Source of the DNA: an uncultured Gemmatimonadales bacterium
GTDB taxonomy: Bacteria; Gemmatimonadota; Gemmatimonadetes; Gemmatimonadales; GWC2-71-9
DNA: 64,000 nucleotides
Assembly (NCBI GenBank): GCA_963842945.1
Contig: CAWJIM010000019.1
Location: forward strand, 128,001-192,000
Direction: 5' to 3'
In this document: one piece after another, positions 32,479-42,081 of the stretch
How the letters are laid out: each line of letters opens with the position of its first letter
Numbering within the stretch: the stretch's first letter is position 1
Position numbers and translations under genes: made by a program
The notes under the pieces: generated by a model
The model's database searches: none
What the model was told of the DNA's origin: nothing
What the model saw: only the letters and a program-made list of their open reading frames with translations

Positions 32479-33252
32479 ATGATACTCGACACGGCGGTGA
32501 TCCCGTGCGGTGGGCTGGGCACAAGGCTGCATCCCATCACCCGCTGGCTCCCCAAAGAGGTACTTCCAGTCGCACTCAAGCCGGTGTTGTATTGGACCCT
32601 GGATGAGGCCGCCGATGCCGGGCTGCTCCGGGCCATCATCATCACCAACCCCCATAAGCCAATGCTGGAAACGGTCGCCCGCAACTACCCGGGCCCGCTG
32701 GAGCTGGAATTTGTGCCCCAGGATCATCCGAAAGGACTGGGCGACGCGTTCCTCCGCGCCCGCGACAATCTCGGCGGCTCACCGTTCCTGGCCCTTCTTC
32801 CCGACAATCTCTTCCAGGGGCCGAACCCGACGGCCGCTGTGCTGGCCACCTACAAGAAGACCAGACTTGCCACGGTTCTGCTCGCGGAGATCGATAGGGC
32901 GCAGGCCGGTTCCAAAGGCGCCACCGGAAGAGCGGCGGTGCGGCCCGCAGCCGATGGGACACTCCGGGTGGTGGCCGTGGCCGACAAGGGATCTGGCCGG
33001 TTCGACACTGCAGGAGCCGACGCTGCCGTAACCCCGATCGGCCGAATGGCCTTCGGTGGTGACATCCTGGATCTGTTTGAGGACGTCGGCCGGGGACTCC
33101 CGCCGGGAAAGGAGCTGGATGATGTTCCGGTGCTGCAGCGCCTGGCCCAACGTGAGGCATTGGCCGGAGTCATCAGCCCTGCGCGATTCTTCGATGTTGG
33201 TGTGCCTGAGGGATACCGGGAAGCGGTGGCCGCTTCCCCCGCCCGGGCGTGA
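32479..33252 (+). CDS. Sugar-phosphate nucleotidyltransferase (GalU-like)
   Basis: AVIPCGGLGTRLHPITRWLPKEVLPV, QDHPKGLGDA, LLPDN. Confidence 0.88.
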   Translation: MILDTAVIPCGGLGTRLHPITRWLPKEVLPVALKPVLYWTLDEAADAGLLRAIIITNPHKPMLETVARNYPGPLELEFVPQDHPKGLGDAFLRARDNLGGSPFLALLPDNLFQGPNPTAAVLATYKKTRLATVLLAEIDRAQAGSKGATGRAAVRPAADGTLRVVAVADKGSGRFDTAGADAAVTPIGRMAFGGDILDLFEDVGRGLPPGKELDDVPVLQRLAQREALAGVISPARFFDVGVPEGYREAVAASPARA

Positions 33253-33267
33253 TCAGCAGGTGCCAGC

Positions 33268-33570
33268 GTGAGCACCTTCAATCACTACCTGGTCGAGCTC
33301 ACCGCGATCAGCTCCGAGCGGCTCCGCGACACCGATGCGCTTTCGGCGCTGGTGGTCGCGGCAGCAGGCGCCGTCGGTATGCCCGGGCTGGGACCACCGG
33401 TCGCGCGGCAGGGCGCCGGCGAAATAGCGGTTGCGCTCCTCTGCCTGGAGGGCCATATCGTGCTTCATTGCGCCCCCTCAGTCGGAGTCTGCCTGGTGGA
33501 CATTGTCGCCCGCGCTCCAGCCGACGTGGGGAAAGGAATCGATGTGATCAGCCGCCGGCTGGCGGTCTGA
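33268..33570 (+). CDS. S-adenosylmethionine decarboxylase-like protein (degenerate)
   Basis: HYLVEL...L...LLCLEGHIVLHCAP...VDI follows the SpeD/SpeH layout, but ESH is EGH. Confidence 0.6.
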   Translation: MSTFNHYLVELTAISSERLRDTDALSALVVAAAGAVGMPGLGPPVARQGAGEIAVALLCLEGHIVLHCAPSVGVCLVDIVARAPADVGKGIDVISRRLAV

Positions 33571-36228
33571 CACTGGTGCCGCGCACCACGCCCTCAGCTC
33601 GCTGCCCAGGATCCAGGTTGATCTGAGCAATCTGCAGCACCTCTTCGCGGGTGACCGCCCGGAAGGCCGCTGCGGGATCTTCCAGATCGCTGAGACCCTC
33701 GCCAATCAGCCAGGCCTCCAGCATCTCCCCCGCCAACGCGCCCGCGCTCTGTCTCCCGACCTCGGCCTGTCCTGCCAGGTAATTGATCGCCTGGCTCAGC
33801 TCCACCTCGTCCACCGGAGTGGTTCGAAACACCTCCAGCTCCTGCAGCATTGCCGTCCGCGCCTCTTCCTCCCGCTCCGGGGAAGTGGCGATGTAAGCGA
33901 CTAGGGCCCCGGCCCGCCCTCGCTGCCAGCTCGAGGCAAGTACGGTATAGGCCAGAGAGCGCCGGTCGCGCAGAGCCTCGAAGAGTCGGCCTCCGAGTCC
34001 GCTGGCCACCGCCGCCCATACCTCCGCCGCGTGCCGCTGTGATGCTCCCCGGGCGGGCCCAGGGAAGATCATGGCCAGGGCGGTCTGCGCCTTCTCCCGA
34101 GAAACCACTCGCATTTCCCCGGCGTTTGGCCCCCCTACCGGACTTGTCGGCCTTCCCCTGGGTCCCGGGCCGATACTCCTGGAAAATTCCCGCCAGTGTG
34201 CCACTGGCCTCTTCCGGATCGATGTCGCCCACCGCGAGAACCACTGGCCGGACTCCGAGCATTGCCCGGCTATGCCAGGCACGAACCTCAGAGGCGGAAA
34301 TGCCGGCAAGGGTCTCGGGCAAACCAGCAACCGGAAGCCCATAGGTTCGGTCCCCAAAAGCTCCAGCGAATCCCAGCTGGAACGGATAGCGGAACATGTC
34401 ATCGGCCACCTGCTCGGCCTCGATCTTCATCAGGTCGCGCTCGGTGTTGATGTCAGCCTCGGCGAAGCGGGGAGCAGTGCAGACCTGGTCCAGCAGAGCT
34501 GCCGCTTCAGCCAGATGCTGGGTCAGAACATTGGTGCCGAAACCGAGCCAGTCCGAGGCGGCTGTCGGACTCAAAGTCCCGCCCAGCCGCTCGAAGGCGA
34601 ACGCCAGGCCTGCTGCATCCAGATCTCCAGCCCCTCGCACCGAGCTGCGGACCATGAGAGTTGCCAGCCCCGCGCGCTCCGGCGGCTCGAACTCGAGCCG
34701 GGGCACGTAGAGTCCCAGAGAAACCAGAGGAACGCCGGTCTTGCGCCGAACCAGGAGATCCACTCCCTGCAAAGCGGTGTGGCGCACGTCAGCTTCCCAG
34801 GTGCCACCGACGCGAAGGGACGTGGAGGAGACTCGTACCGGCTGAACCGGCGGGGCAGTGGTGGTGCCTAGTGCCGTAACGGCAAAGCTGCGGGCCAGAA
34901 GGTCGGGCCCGAGATCTTCTCCTTCCTTTTCCGGCAGGTAGACCACCCCGGCGACACTGTCGGGGAGGAGATAGCGCGCGGCGGCCTGGCGAACGGTTTC
35001 CCGATCGACCGAGACCAGGGCGGCATACTCCCGGTCCAGGAAGGACACGTGCTCCAATGCCTCGGCCGATGCCAGGGCAGAAGCCTTCCCTTCCATGGGC
35101 TCCAGCCGTCTTGCCCAGCGGGCGGTGAGCAGAGTGCGCGCTCGATCCAGCTCGTCCGCCGTGGGTCCCACCAGTGTCAGCCGGGCCACGCATTCCGCGA
35201 TCCGCTCGACCGCCAGCGGGACATTCTCAGGAGAGAGATCGGCGCCAATGCTGAAGACCCCGAGCTCGGTGGGAGAGTAGTTATGCGCCGAGACCGAGGT
35301 CACGATCCCAGTATCGCGCAGAGCTTGATAGAGGAGGCTGCCCCTGCCGGAGCCGAGCACCACCGCCGCGAGATCCAGCGCGGGCGCATCCTGGTGCAGT
35401 GCCGGTGCGGTCCTCCAGCCCAGCACCAGCTCGGCTTGAGCAACATCGCCGCGCAGGGTGCGGGCCCGCACCTCGTGCCGCACCGGTTCCTCGGGTGAGG
35501 GATCTATCGCGCCTGGCGCTGGACGCCCAGTCGGCATACCTGGCACGGGCCATTTCGAGCGCCTTCTCGACTGTCACATCACCGGTAATAGCGACGATGG
35601 TTCGCTCGGGCACGTACCGCGACTGATAGTAGCCACGCACATCGTCCCGGGTGAGGCGAGCCAGGTGATCTTCATGACCGATGCGCCAACGCCGGATCCT
35701 GTGCCGGTCGAACATCACTTCATGCAGGGTCTCCTGGGCGACGGCTCCGGGAGTGTCGCGTTTCCGCTTGGCCTCCTGAATGATGACCTGAAGTTCGCGG
35801 GCCAGCTCACCCGGATCGATGAGGGAATTGCGCAGCGCGTCCGATTGGATGTCCAGCGCAGCATCCAGACCCGATGCCGGAAGCACGGTGAAGTAGCTGG
35901 TATGATCGTATCCGGTGCCGGCGTTGAGATACCCGCCTGCAGCCTTGGTCTCCCGGGCGATTGCGCCAACTGCCCGGCGCGGCGTGCCCTTGAAGAACAT
36001 GTGTTCCAGGACATGCGAGATGCCGACCCAGCGGTCCGGCTCGTCGAAAAAGCCCGCTTTCACGTGGGTCACCACGGCCACGACCGGGGCGGAGTGATCC
36101 GGCTGAACCAGGAGCGTCAGGCCGTTTGGCAGCACCTCCCGATGGACACCCTTGGTCCAAAGAGGTGAGCGGGGAGCCCGGCCCTCATGGGCCGCGGTAA
36201 GCGGTGAGCGGGAGGGGGAAACGGTCAT
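33548..36228 (-). CDS. M16-family zinc peptidase, double-length (frameshifted)
   Basis: LPNGL, GISHVLEHMFFKGT, GGYLNAGT; C-terminal GRLFEALRDRRSLAY; ORFs 35281-36291, 33594-35546, 33548-34402. Confidence 0.9.
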
Positions 36229-36308
36229 CTCTATCCTTGAGGTAGTCAAAAAAACGGGGAGCTCCAAACTTAACCGGAACCCCCCGCTCACCGCTTACCG
36301 CTTACGCT
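36194..36308. repeat. 19-bp inverted repeat of the same heptamer family as at 19.2/19.7 kb
   Basis: GCGGTAAGCGGTGAGCGGG (36194-36212) is the exact reverse complement of 36283-36301. Confidence 0.88.
36248..36286 (-). terminator. Intrinsic terminator after the TPR gene
   Basis: Minus strand CGGGGGGTTCC...GGAGCTCCCCG followed by T7. Confidence 0.7.
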
Positions 36309-37427
36309 TTATTGCATTATCCGAAGCACGCCCGCCTCGGCACTTCCTCTGATGAATGCTTCAGCATCCGTGGTGGGGATAACCACGCCGGTTTCAGCCT
36401 GGCCCCGGCGGGCCAAACTGGCCATGAAATCGCTCAGCGATCCATGAGCCCATTCCCGGTCGGCGGCTTTCATCTGCAACAGAATTTCATCCCACGTGCC
36501 CCGGATGGTCTGGCCTGCCAGGGTCATGATGAGGTGGGGTTCGCTCTGCCCCGGCCGCTTCTGCATGGCGTGCAGCTCGCTGAGCAGGGTGCCGAACAGC
36601 TCTAGCTGGTGCGGGTCGCGTACGCCCCCGTCGGCCTGCTGGGCCTCGACCTCGGCCAGCAGCATATCGATCGCATCCGGCTCGCCGGCCACTTCCGCGA
36701 GCCGGGCCAGCCAGGGGGCGAGCTCGGGATCTTCGTCGGGCAGCCGGTAGATCGACTTCTTCAATTCAATATGTCGCCAGATACCCAGCTCGTCGTAATG
36801 ATCCTCGGGCTGGGTTCGCTCCAGCTGATGCAGCGCCGCCTCGCTTTCTCCCCGGTCGTAGAGCAGGTTGGCCAGGTAGATCCGGGCTTCGCTGTATCCC
36901 GCGTCGACCTCCAGCGCACGTCGCAGCCAGTAGAGTGAGCCGGCGTCGTTTCCCAACCGGTGCGAGGCATAACCGAGACAGGCCGCGGCGTCGGGCGATT
37001 CCGGTTGGGCCGCCACGGCCAGGTCGAAGAACCGGTGGGCTGGCGCGACCAGTCCCTCGCGGAACAGGGCGCGTCCGATCTGCAGCATGAGCTCGTGATC
37101 GTCCTGGAATCCGAGCTGCAGAATCCGCTCGACCGCCCGCATGGCGCCCGCCCGATCGCCCAGCTTGAGCAGGGTTTCACCCAGCCCCGCCAGGCCGTCC
37201 TCGTGATCCGGATCCAACGCCAGAGCCTGCTCGAAGCTACGTCTGGACCAGGCGTATTCCTCCCGGGCCAAATGGGCGTAGGCTCTTCCGATGTGCAATT
37301 CTACGGCGTGGGGGTATAGCGCTATGCCTTCATTGAGAACAGTCAGGGCTTCATCGTAGCGGCCTTCGTTATAGAGATGATGGGCTTGTTCGTCGAAATC
37401 GTCGGAGCTGAGGAATGCGTCCGACAT
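36309..37427 (-). CDS. Tetratricopeptide repeat protein
   Basis: Repeated TPR patterns (FEQALALDPDHEDGLAGLG, LRRALEVDAGYSEARIYLA). Confidence 0.88.
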   Translation of the reverse strand: MSDAFLSSDDFDEQAHHLYNEGRYDEALTVLNEGIALYPHAVELHIGRAYAHLAREEYAWSRRSFEQALALDPDHEDGLAGLGETLLKLGDRAGAMRAVERILQLGFQDDHELMLQIGRALFREGLVAPAHRFFDLAVAAQPESPDAAACLGYASHRLGNDAGSLYWLRRALEVDAGYSEARIYLANLLYDRGESEAALHQLERTQPEDHYDELGIWRHIELKKSIYRLPDEDPELAPWLARLAEVAGEPDAIDMLLAEVEAQQADGGVRDPHQLELFGTLLSELHAMQKRPGQSEPHLIMTLAGQTIRGTWDEILLQMKAADREWAHGSLSDFMASLARRGQAETGVVIPTTDAEAFIRGSAEAGVLRIMQ

Positions 37428-37531
37428 CGGCAGGACCTCCCGCGACGGGTTAACGACAAGTTACGGAATCGAAGGAAGCGGAGCAAGAGAATCCCTCACC
37501 CTGGAACAACCGGCGGCATCGTCTTCCGCTG

Positions 37532-37547
37532 TGTGATTGCTGTCACA
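37532..37547. promoter_or_regulatory. CRP-family-type binding site
   Basis: Perfect TGTGA-N6-TCACA in the divergent TPR/TolC intergenic region. Confidence 0.55.
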
Positions 37548-37687
37548 CCGCAGCGTGTCTCCGGCCGATATCTCATTTTGGTGTGACGGACAGATCCCCT
37601 AGGTTTAGCTGATGACCCCCCAGCACCTCCAATCGGACGGCGCCGCGTTCGCCTCCAGTTCCAGTCCCTGACTTCCCAGGACCAGTC

Positions 37688-38998
37688 ATGCGCCTCACCG
37701 CGGCTCTGCTGAGCGCGATGGTGGGAATCTCCGCGCCGCTCCTGGCGCAGAAGCCCACCGTTCCGAGCGGACCCATCAGCCTGATCGACGCGATCACCAT
37801 TGGCCGCCGCCAGGGAGTGGAAGCAGCCATTGCCCAGCTGAACGTGCGCGCCGCAGAGGCCCGCAAGGGGCAGCGGCTGGCCGACCTTCTGCCCAACATC
37901 GAAGGACAGGCTTCCTACATTCGCCAGACAATCAACCTCGATGCCTTCGGCTTTCCCGGAGTCAGCGGTGTCACCGATGCATTCAATCTGTACAATGTCC
38001 AGCTTCGCGCCTCCCAGAGCATCCTGGATCTCAGCGCGCGAACCCGCTACCGGGCCGGCCAGGACACCGTGGCGGCAGCGAAGCTCGACGCCCGGGTGGT
38101 GGGCGATCTTGCCGGGGCCAATGCCGGCGTGGCCTACCTCCTGGTGCTGAGTGCAGAGGAGACCGTGCGAGCCCGAACGGCAGACAGCACCGTAGCCGCG
38201 GATCTCCTGCAACAGGCGCGAAAGCTGGTCGAGGCCGGAGTAAGTCCCGCGATTGATGCGACTCGCAGTGAGGTGAGCTTCGGTTCGGTACGGACTCAGC
38301 TGTTGATCGCGCGAAACCAGGCCGACCGTTCCCGGCTGGATCTCGTGCGCGCGCTCAACCTGCCATCCAGCACCCGGCTGCAGCTGTCCGATTCTCTTGG
38401 CCTGGCCCCGCTCGAGATACCGCGGGACCCCGAGGAGGCTGCGCGCTACGCCCGCGAGCACCGATCCGAGCTCCTGGCGGAGCATGCCCGCACCGAGGCC
38501 ACCCGGCGAACCCTGCGGGCCATCGGATACGAGAATTTGCCGAGCCTCTCGGTGAATGGGTTTTACACTGAGAGCGGCCAGCAAACCCGGGTTCTGGCCG
38601 GCAGCTACTATCTGCAGCTGTTGCTGAGTGTTCCCATCCTGGACGGATTTCGCCGGCAGAACCGCTCCAAGGAGGAACGGGCTCGCCTGGAGATCCAGGA
38701 GATCAGAGAGCACAACCTGGCTGACCAGGTCGAGACCGAGGCCCGCCAAGCAGTCTTGGACCTTGAGTCGGCGGAGCAGCAGGTGGCAATCGCAAGGGAG
38801 CGGGTGAAGTTGGCCAACCGCGAGTTGAGTGAGGCGCAGCAGCGGTTCACGGCGGGCGTGGCCGGCAGCGTGGAAACCACCAACGCTCAAAGCTCGGTGA
38901 TTGCCGCCCAGGACGCTCTCATTCAGGCTCGGGTGGGCTACGGCACGGCCCGGGTTGGGGCGTATCGCGCCCTCGGCGTCATCGAACAACTCCATTGA
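37688..38998 (+). CDS. TolC-family outer-membrane efflux protein
   Basis: Signal peptide, ISLIDAI, LLPNIE, LSVPILDG; two helical OEP repeats. Confidence 0.9.
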   Translation: MRLTAALLSAMVGISAPLLAQKPTVPSGPISLIDAITIGRRQGVEAAIAQLNVRAAEARKGQRLADLLPNIEGQASYIRQTINLDAFGFPGVSGVTDAFNLYNVQLRASQSILDLSARTRYRAGQDTVAAAKLDARVVGDLAGANAGVAYLLVLSAEETVRARTADSTVAADLLQQARKLVEAGVSPAIDATRSEVSFGSVRTQLLIARNQADRSRLDLVRALNLPSSTRLQLSDSLGLAPLEIPRDPEEAARYAREHRSELLAEHARTEATRRTLRAIGYENLPSLSVNGFYTESGQQTRVLAGSYYLQLLLSVPILDGFRRQNRSKEERARLEIQEIREHNLADQVETEARQAVLDLESAEQQVAIARERVKLANRELSEAQQRFTAGVAGSVETTNAQSSVIAAQDALIQARVGYGTARVGAYRALGVIEQLH

Positions 38999-39025
38999 TC
39001 GCCTGATGGGCGACCGGGACGGATA

Positions 39026-40123
39026 ATGGCAGACGGCACCAACGAGGGCCCGGCAGAGGTCGGGGAAACCAGGCCTAAGCGGCGGCGGATTCCGGTCATC
39101 GTCGTGGGGGTGCTGGCGCTGGCGCTCGCCGTCTGGGGGGTGAAGCGCTATCTGTATTCCCGGCATCATGTCTCGACCGACAATGCCCAGATCGACGGCC
39201 ACATTACTCTGATCGCGCCCCGGATCGCCGCCTTCGTTACCCGGATTCTGGTTGACGACAACCAGCACGTGCAGGCCGGTGATACGCTGGTGGTGCTGGA
39301 CGACCGGGACCTCAAGGTCAAGGTGCAGCAGGCCGAGGCGGACCTGCACGAGGCCGAGGCAGCAGTCGGGAGCCGCCGCGGGCGGGCCGGGCAGACCCAG
39401 GCTCAGCTCCAGGCCACTCGGGCGGAAGCAGCATCGGCCCAGGCATCGGTCAGCGCGGCCGAAGCCGATTACCATAAGGCCGCGGCCGATGTGGAGCGCT
39501 ATCGCAAGCTGGTGGATCAGAAGATCGTATCGGCCCAGCAGTTCGATGCCGCCGAGGCCGCTGCCGCCCAGGCTGCCGCCAAGCTGGAGGCGGCGCGCCG
39601 GCAGGCGGCCGCAGCTGGGAGCCAGGTGTCGGCGTCGGGCGCAGCCGTGCGCAGCGCCGATGCCCGCCTGGCGGCCGCTCAAGCCGCGGTGGACAATGCC
39701 AGGCTGCAGCTCAGCTACGCCTACATCACCGCACCGGTGTCGGGAACCGTGGCCAAGCGGAATTCCGAAATTGGAGCGCTGGTGCAGGTGGGGCAGACCC
39801 TCATGTCCATCGTGCCTGACGAGAACGTTTGGGTGACGGCCAACCTCAAGGAAACCCAGTTGACCCACGTGCGGGTGGGCGACCGGGCCGAGTTTACGGT
39901 TGACGCCTATCCCGGCCGCAGCTTTGAGGGCCGGGTGGAGAGTCTCAGTCCGGCGACCGGGGCCCGGTTTGCCTTGCTCCCTCCCGACAACGCGACAGGG
40001 AACTTTACCAAGGTGGTGCAACGGATTCCGGTCCGAATTGCCGTGGACCAGCCGGCAGGCACCCCGGTGCCCCTGAGACCAGGCATGTCGGTGGACGTGA
40101 CAATAGAAACGGGGAAGAAATAA
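39026..40123 (+). CDS. HlyD/EmrA-family membrane fusion protein
   Basis: STDNAQI, ITAPVSG, ANLKETQL, LLPPDNATGNFTKVVQRIPVRI (EmrA signature). Confidence 0.93.
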   Translation: MADGTNEGPAEVGETRPKRRRIPVIVVGVLALALAVWGVKRYLYSRHHVSTDNAQIDGHITLIAPRIAAFVTRILVDDNQHVQAGDTLVVLDDRDLKVKVQQAEADLHEAEAAVGSRRGRAGQTQAQLQATRAEAASAQASVSAAEADYHKAAADVERYRKLVDQKIVSAQQFDAAEAAAAQAAAKLEAARRQAAAAGSQVSASGAAVRSADARLAAAQAAVDNARLQLSYAYITAPVSGTVAKRNSEIGALVQVGQTLMSIVPDENVWVTANLKETQLTHVRVGDRAEFTVDAYPGRSFEGRVESLSPATGARFALLPPDNATGNFTKVVQRIPVRIAVDQPAGTPVPLRPGMSVDVTIETGKK

Positions 40124-40207
40124 TTCATCCGCCGGGACCACTGCAGCAAACAAGTAAAAGCAGCCACTGATGAACACAGATGAAAGCGGATCGACTCCGG
40201 CTAGACG

Positions 40208-40474
40208 CTAGCCTGGACTTTGAAGGGCCTGTGGTGGTTTGCCATTCACCACAACATCAGCCCGAAACCGACCGATTACATGTCCGCGAAAATAGACCTT
40301 GATGGGCAATTCTCTGTAGACAGCCAGGCCCTCCGCACGGAGCACTAAGCTGAGGGCCTCTACGTATACCCCCTCCAAGAATCCCTGGCCCAACTCCTTG
40401 TATACCTGGTAGAAACTCCCGATGACACTCCGTGTTATCTCATAGTGTTTCAGATCATTTCCATCCGTGTTCAT
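40208..40474 (-). pseudogene. Truncated GxxExxY protein
   Basis: ELGQGFLEGVY and RADVVVNGK; ends before the expected ExK nuclease-like motif; 88 aa. Confidence 0.75.
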
Positions 40475-40548
40475 CCGCGGCTCCGCCGATTGGCAGAAAC
40501 AACTTACGTCCTACTCACGCAGCCCGGAGTATCGGTTAGCTTAGAAAC

Positions 40549-42081
40549 GTGACCTTCCAGCGCAAACTCCTTCTTGGATTTTCACTTATGGCGCTCCCGG
40601 CTCTCGCGGTCGGGGCCAGCGCCATTCGGAGCAATCTGCTGGAGCGGCGGGCCCTGCAGGCGCTGGGCGAAAGCATGGCTCGCACCCGGACGTATGCCGA
40701 GCTGGAAACCGCCATGTTCGACCAGAGTGAGGTGATCTGGCGCTACCTGAGCGGCCTGGACCCAAGTGCACGTAACGAATTCCGGCTGACCGGGCAGGTG
40801 GTGGACTATTGGCAGCAACGCTGGGCCGCCGAGCTCCGACCGGAAGAAATGGGACTCGCCGAGAGCGTCCGCGGCATTCAGCAGCAGATTCAAACGGCGG
40901 CCGACAGCATCTTCCGGCTATACGATTCAGGACGGCGGCAGGCTGCGTTCAACACCGCCCAGCAGGAGCTCAAGGGACGTCTACTCCCCGCGCTCACTCA
41001 GCTGAACCGGGAGATCTACCGGCAGGCACGCGAGTCCAGCGTGCGGGGAGCCTACGCCCGGGTGGAAGAGATTCTCGCCGGTCAGAAGCGGATCCTGGTG
41101 TTGACCTTGATTCTGTCTCTGGTTGGCGGCCTGCTCGCCTCCTGGTTGATCTCTCGCAGTCTGGCCCGGCCGCTACGAGAGCTCACCGGTGCCATGGCGA
41201 CCGTCGGCGCCGGCCGGCTGGACCACCCGGTCACCGCCACTTCTCGCGACGAGGTTGGGGCCCTGGCGCATGCCTTCGGCGACATGACCGACAAGCTGCG
41301 CCAGTCGCGGAGCGACCTGCTCCGCCTCAATACCGAGCTCGAGACCAAGATCTCCCAACTCGAGCGGACCCAGGCCCAGCTGGTGCAGTCGGAGAAGCTG
41401 GCCTCGATCGGAGAGATGTCGGCGGCGGTGGCCCACGGGCTCCGCAACCCGCTGGCGAGTCTGCGAGCCGCCGCCCAGCTGGTCCGACGTCACCCCGATG
41501 CACCCTCGGCCACCGAACATCTCACCGCGATCATCGACGAGGTAGATCGCCTCGACCGCCGGATCAGCCATCTGCTGAGCTTCTCCCGCCCCGCTCCATA
41601 TCACCCGCTGCAGGAGAATGTCCCCCGCCTGATCGAAGGCCTGCTACCCGCCTTTGCCGAGTCGCTGCGCGAGCGTGGGGTCGAACTGGCGCTCGATCTC
41701 CCGCCTCTGCTGCCCCAGGTTCGGGTCGACCCGATGCAGCTGGAACAGGCGCTGCTGGAAGTCGTCTCCAACGCCCTCGATGCCATGCCCAGCGGCGGGA
41801 CGCTGCGAATCTCCGCCACGCCAGCAGCGAGCAACGGCAGCCAGCCCTCCGAGGTAACGATCGAAATTGCCGACACCGGACCGGGAATTCCCGACCAGGT
41901 CATGCCATCGGTCTGCGAGCCGTTCTTCACTACCCGCCAGGACGGAACCGGATTGGGCCTCGCTATCGCCAAGCGGTACATCGAGCAAAACGGCGGACGG
42001 CTGGAGATCCTGAGCCGGCCGGGCGGGACCACGGTTCGGGTACGGCTCCCGGCGGCGGTTCGGAATGAGGCGGTCGTATGA
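40549..42081 (+). CDS. Membrane sensor histidine kinase (HAMP-HisKA-HATPase)
   Basis: Two TMs, RDEVGALA, SEKLASIG, AHGLRNPL, DTGPGI, PFFTT, GTGLGL. Confidence 0.95.
   Translation: MTFQRKLLLGFSLMALPALAVGASAIRSNLLERRALQALGESMARTRTYAELETAMFDQSEVIWRYLSGLDPSARNEFRLTGQVVDYWQQRWAAELRPEEMGLAESVRGIQQQIQTAADSIFRLYDSGRRQAAFNTAQQELKGRLLPALTQLNREIYRQARESSVRGAYARVEEILAGQKRILVLTLILSLVGGLLASWLISRSLARPLRELTGAMATVGAGRLDHPVTATSRDEVGALAHAFGDMTDKLRQSRSDLLRLNTELETKISQLERTQAQLVQSEKLASIGEMSAAVAHGLRNPLASLRAAAQLVRRHPDAPSATEHLTAIIDEVDRLDRRISHLLSFSRPAPYHPLQENVPRLIEGLLPAFAESLRERGVELALDLPPLLPQVRVDPMQLEQALLEVVSNALDAMPSGGTLRISATPAASNGSQPSEVTIEIADTGPGIPDQVMPSVCEPFFTTRQDGTGLGLAIAKRYIEQNGGRLEILSRPGGTTVRVRLPAAVRNEAVV

Noticed and set aside
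37503..37530. GGAAC upstream of tolC as a fourth ECF promoter
   Set aside because: No GTT at the 18-nt spacing.
37496..40177. 893-aa antisense ORF, and similar long shadow ORFs such as 60820-62661 and 23737-24894
   Set aside because: They mirror well-supported genes on the opposite strand, as expected in high-GC DNA, and carry no motifs.
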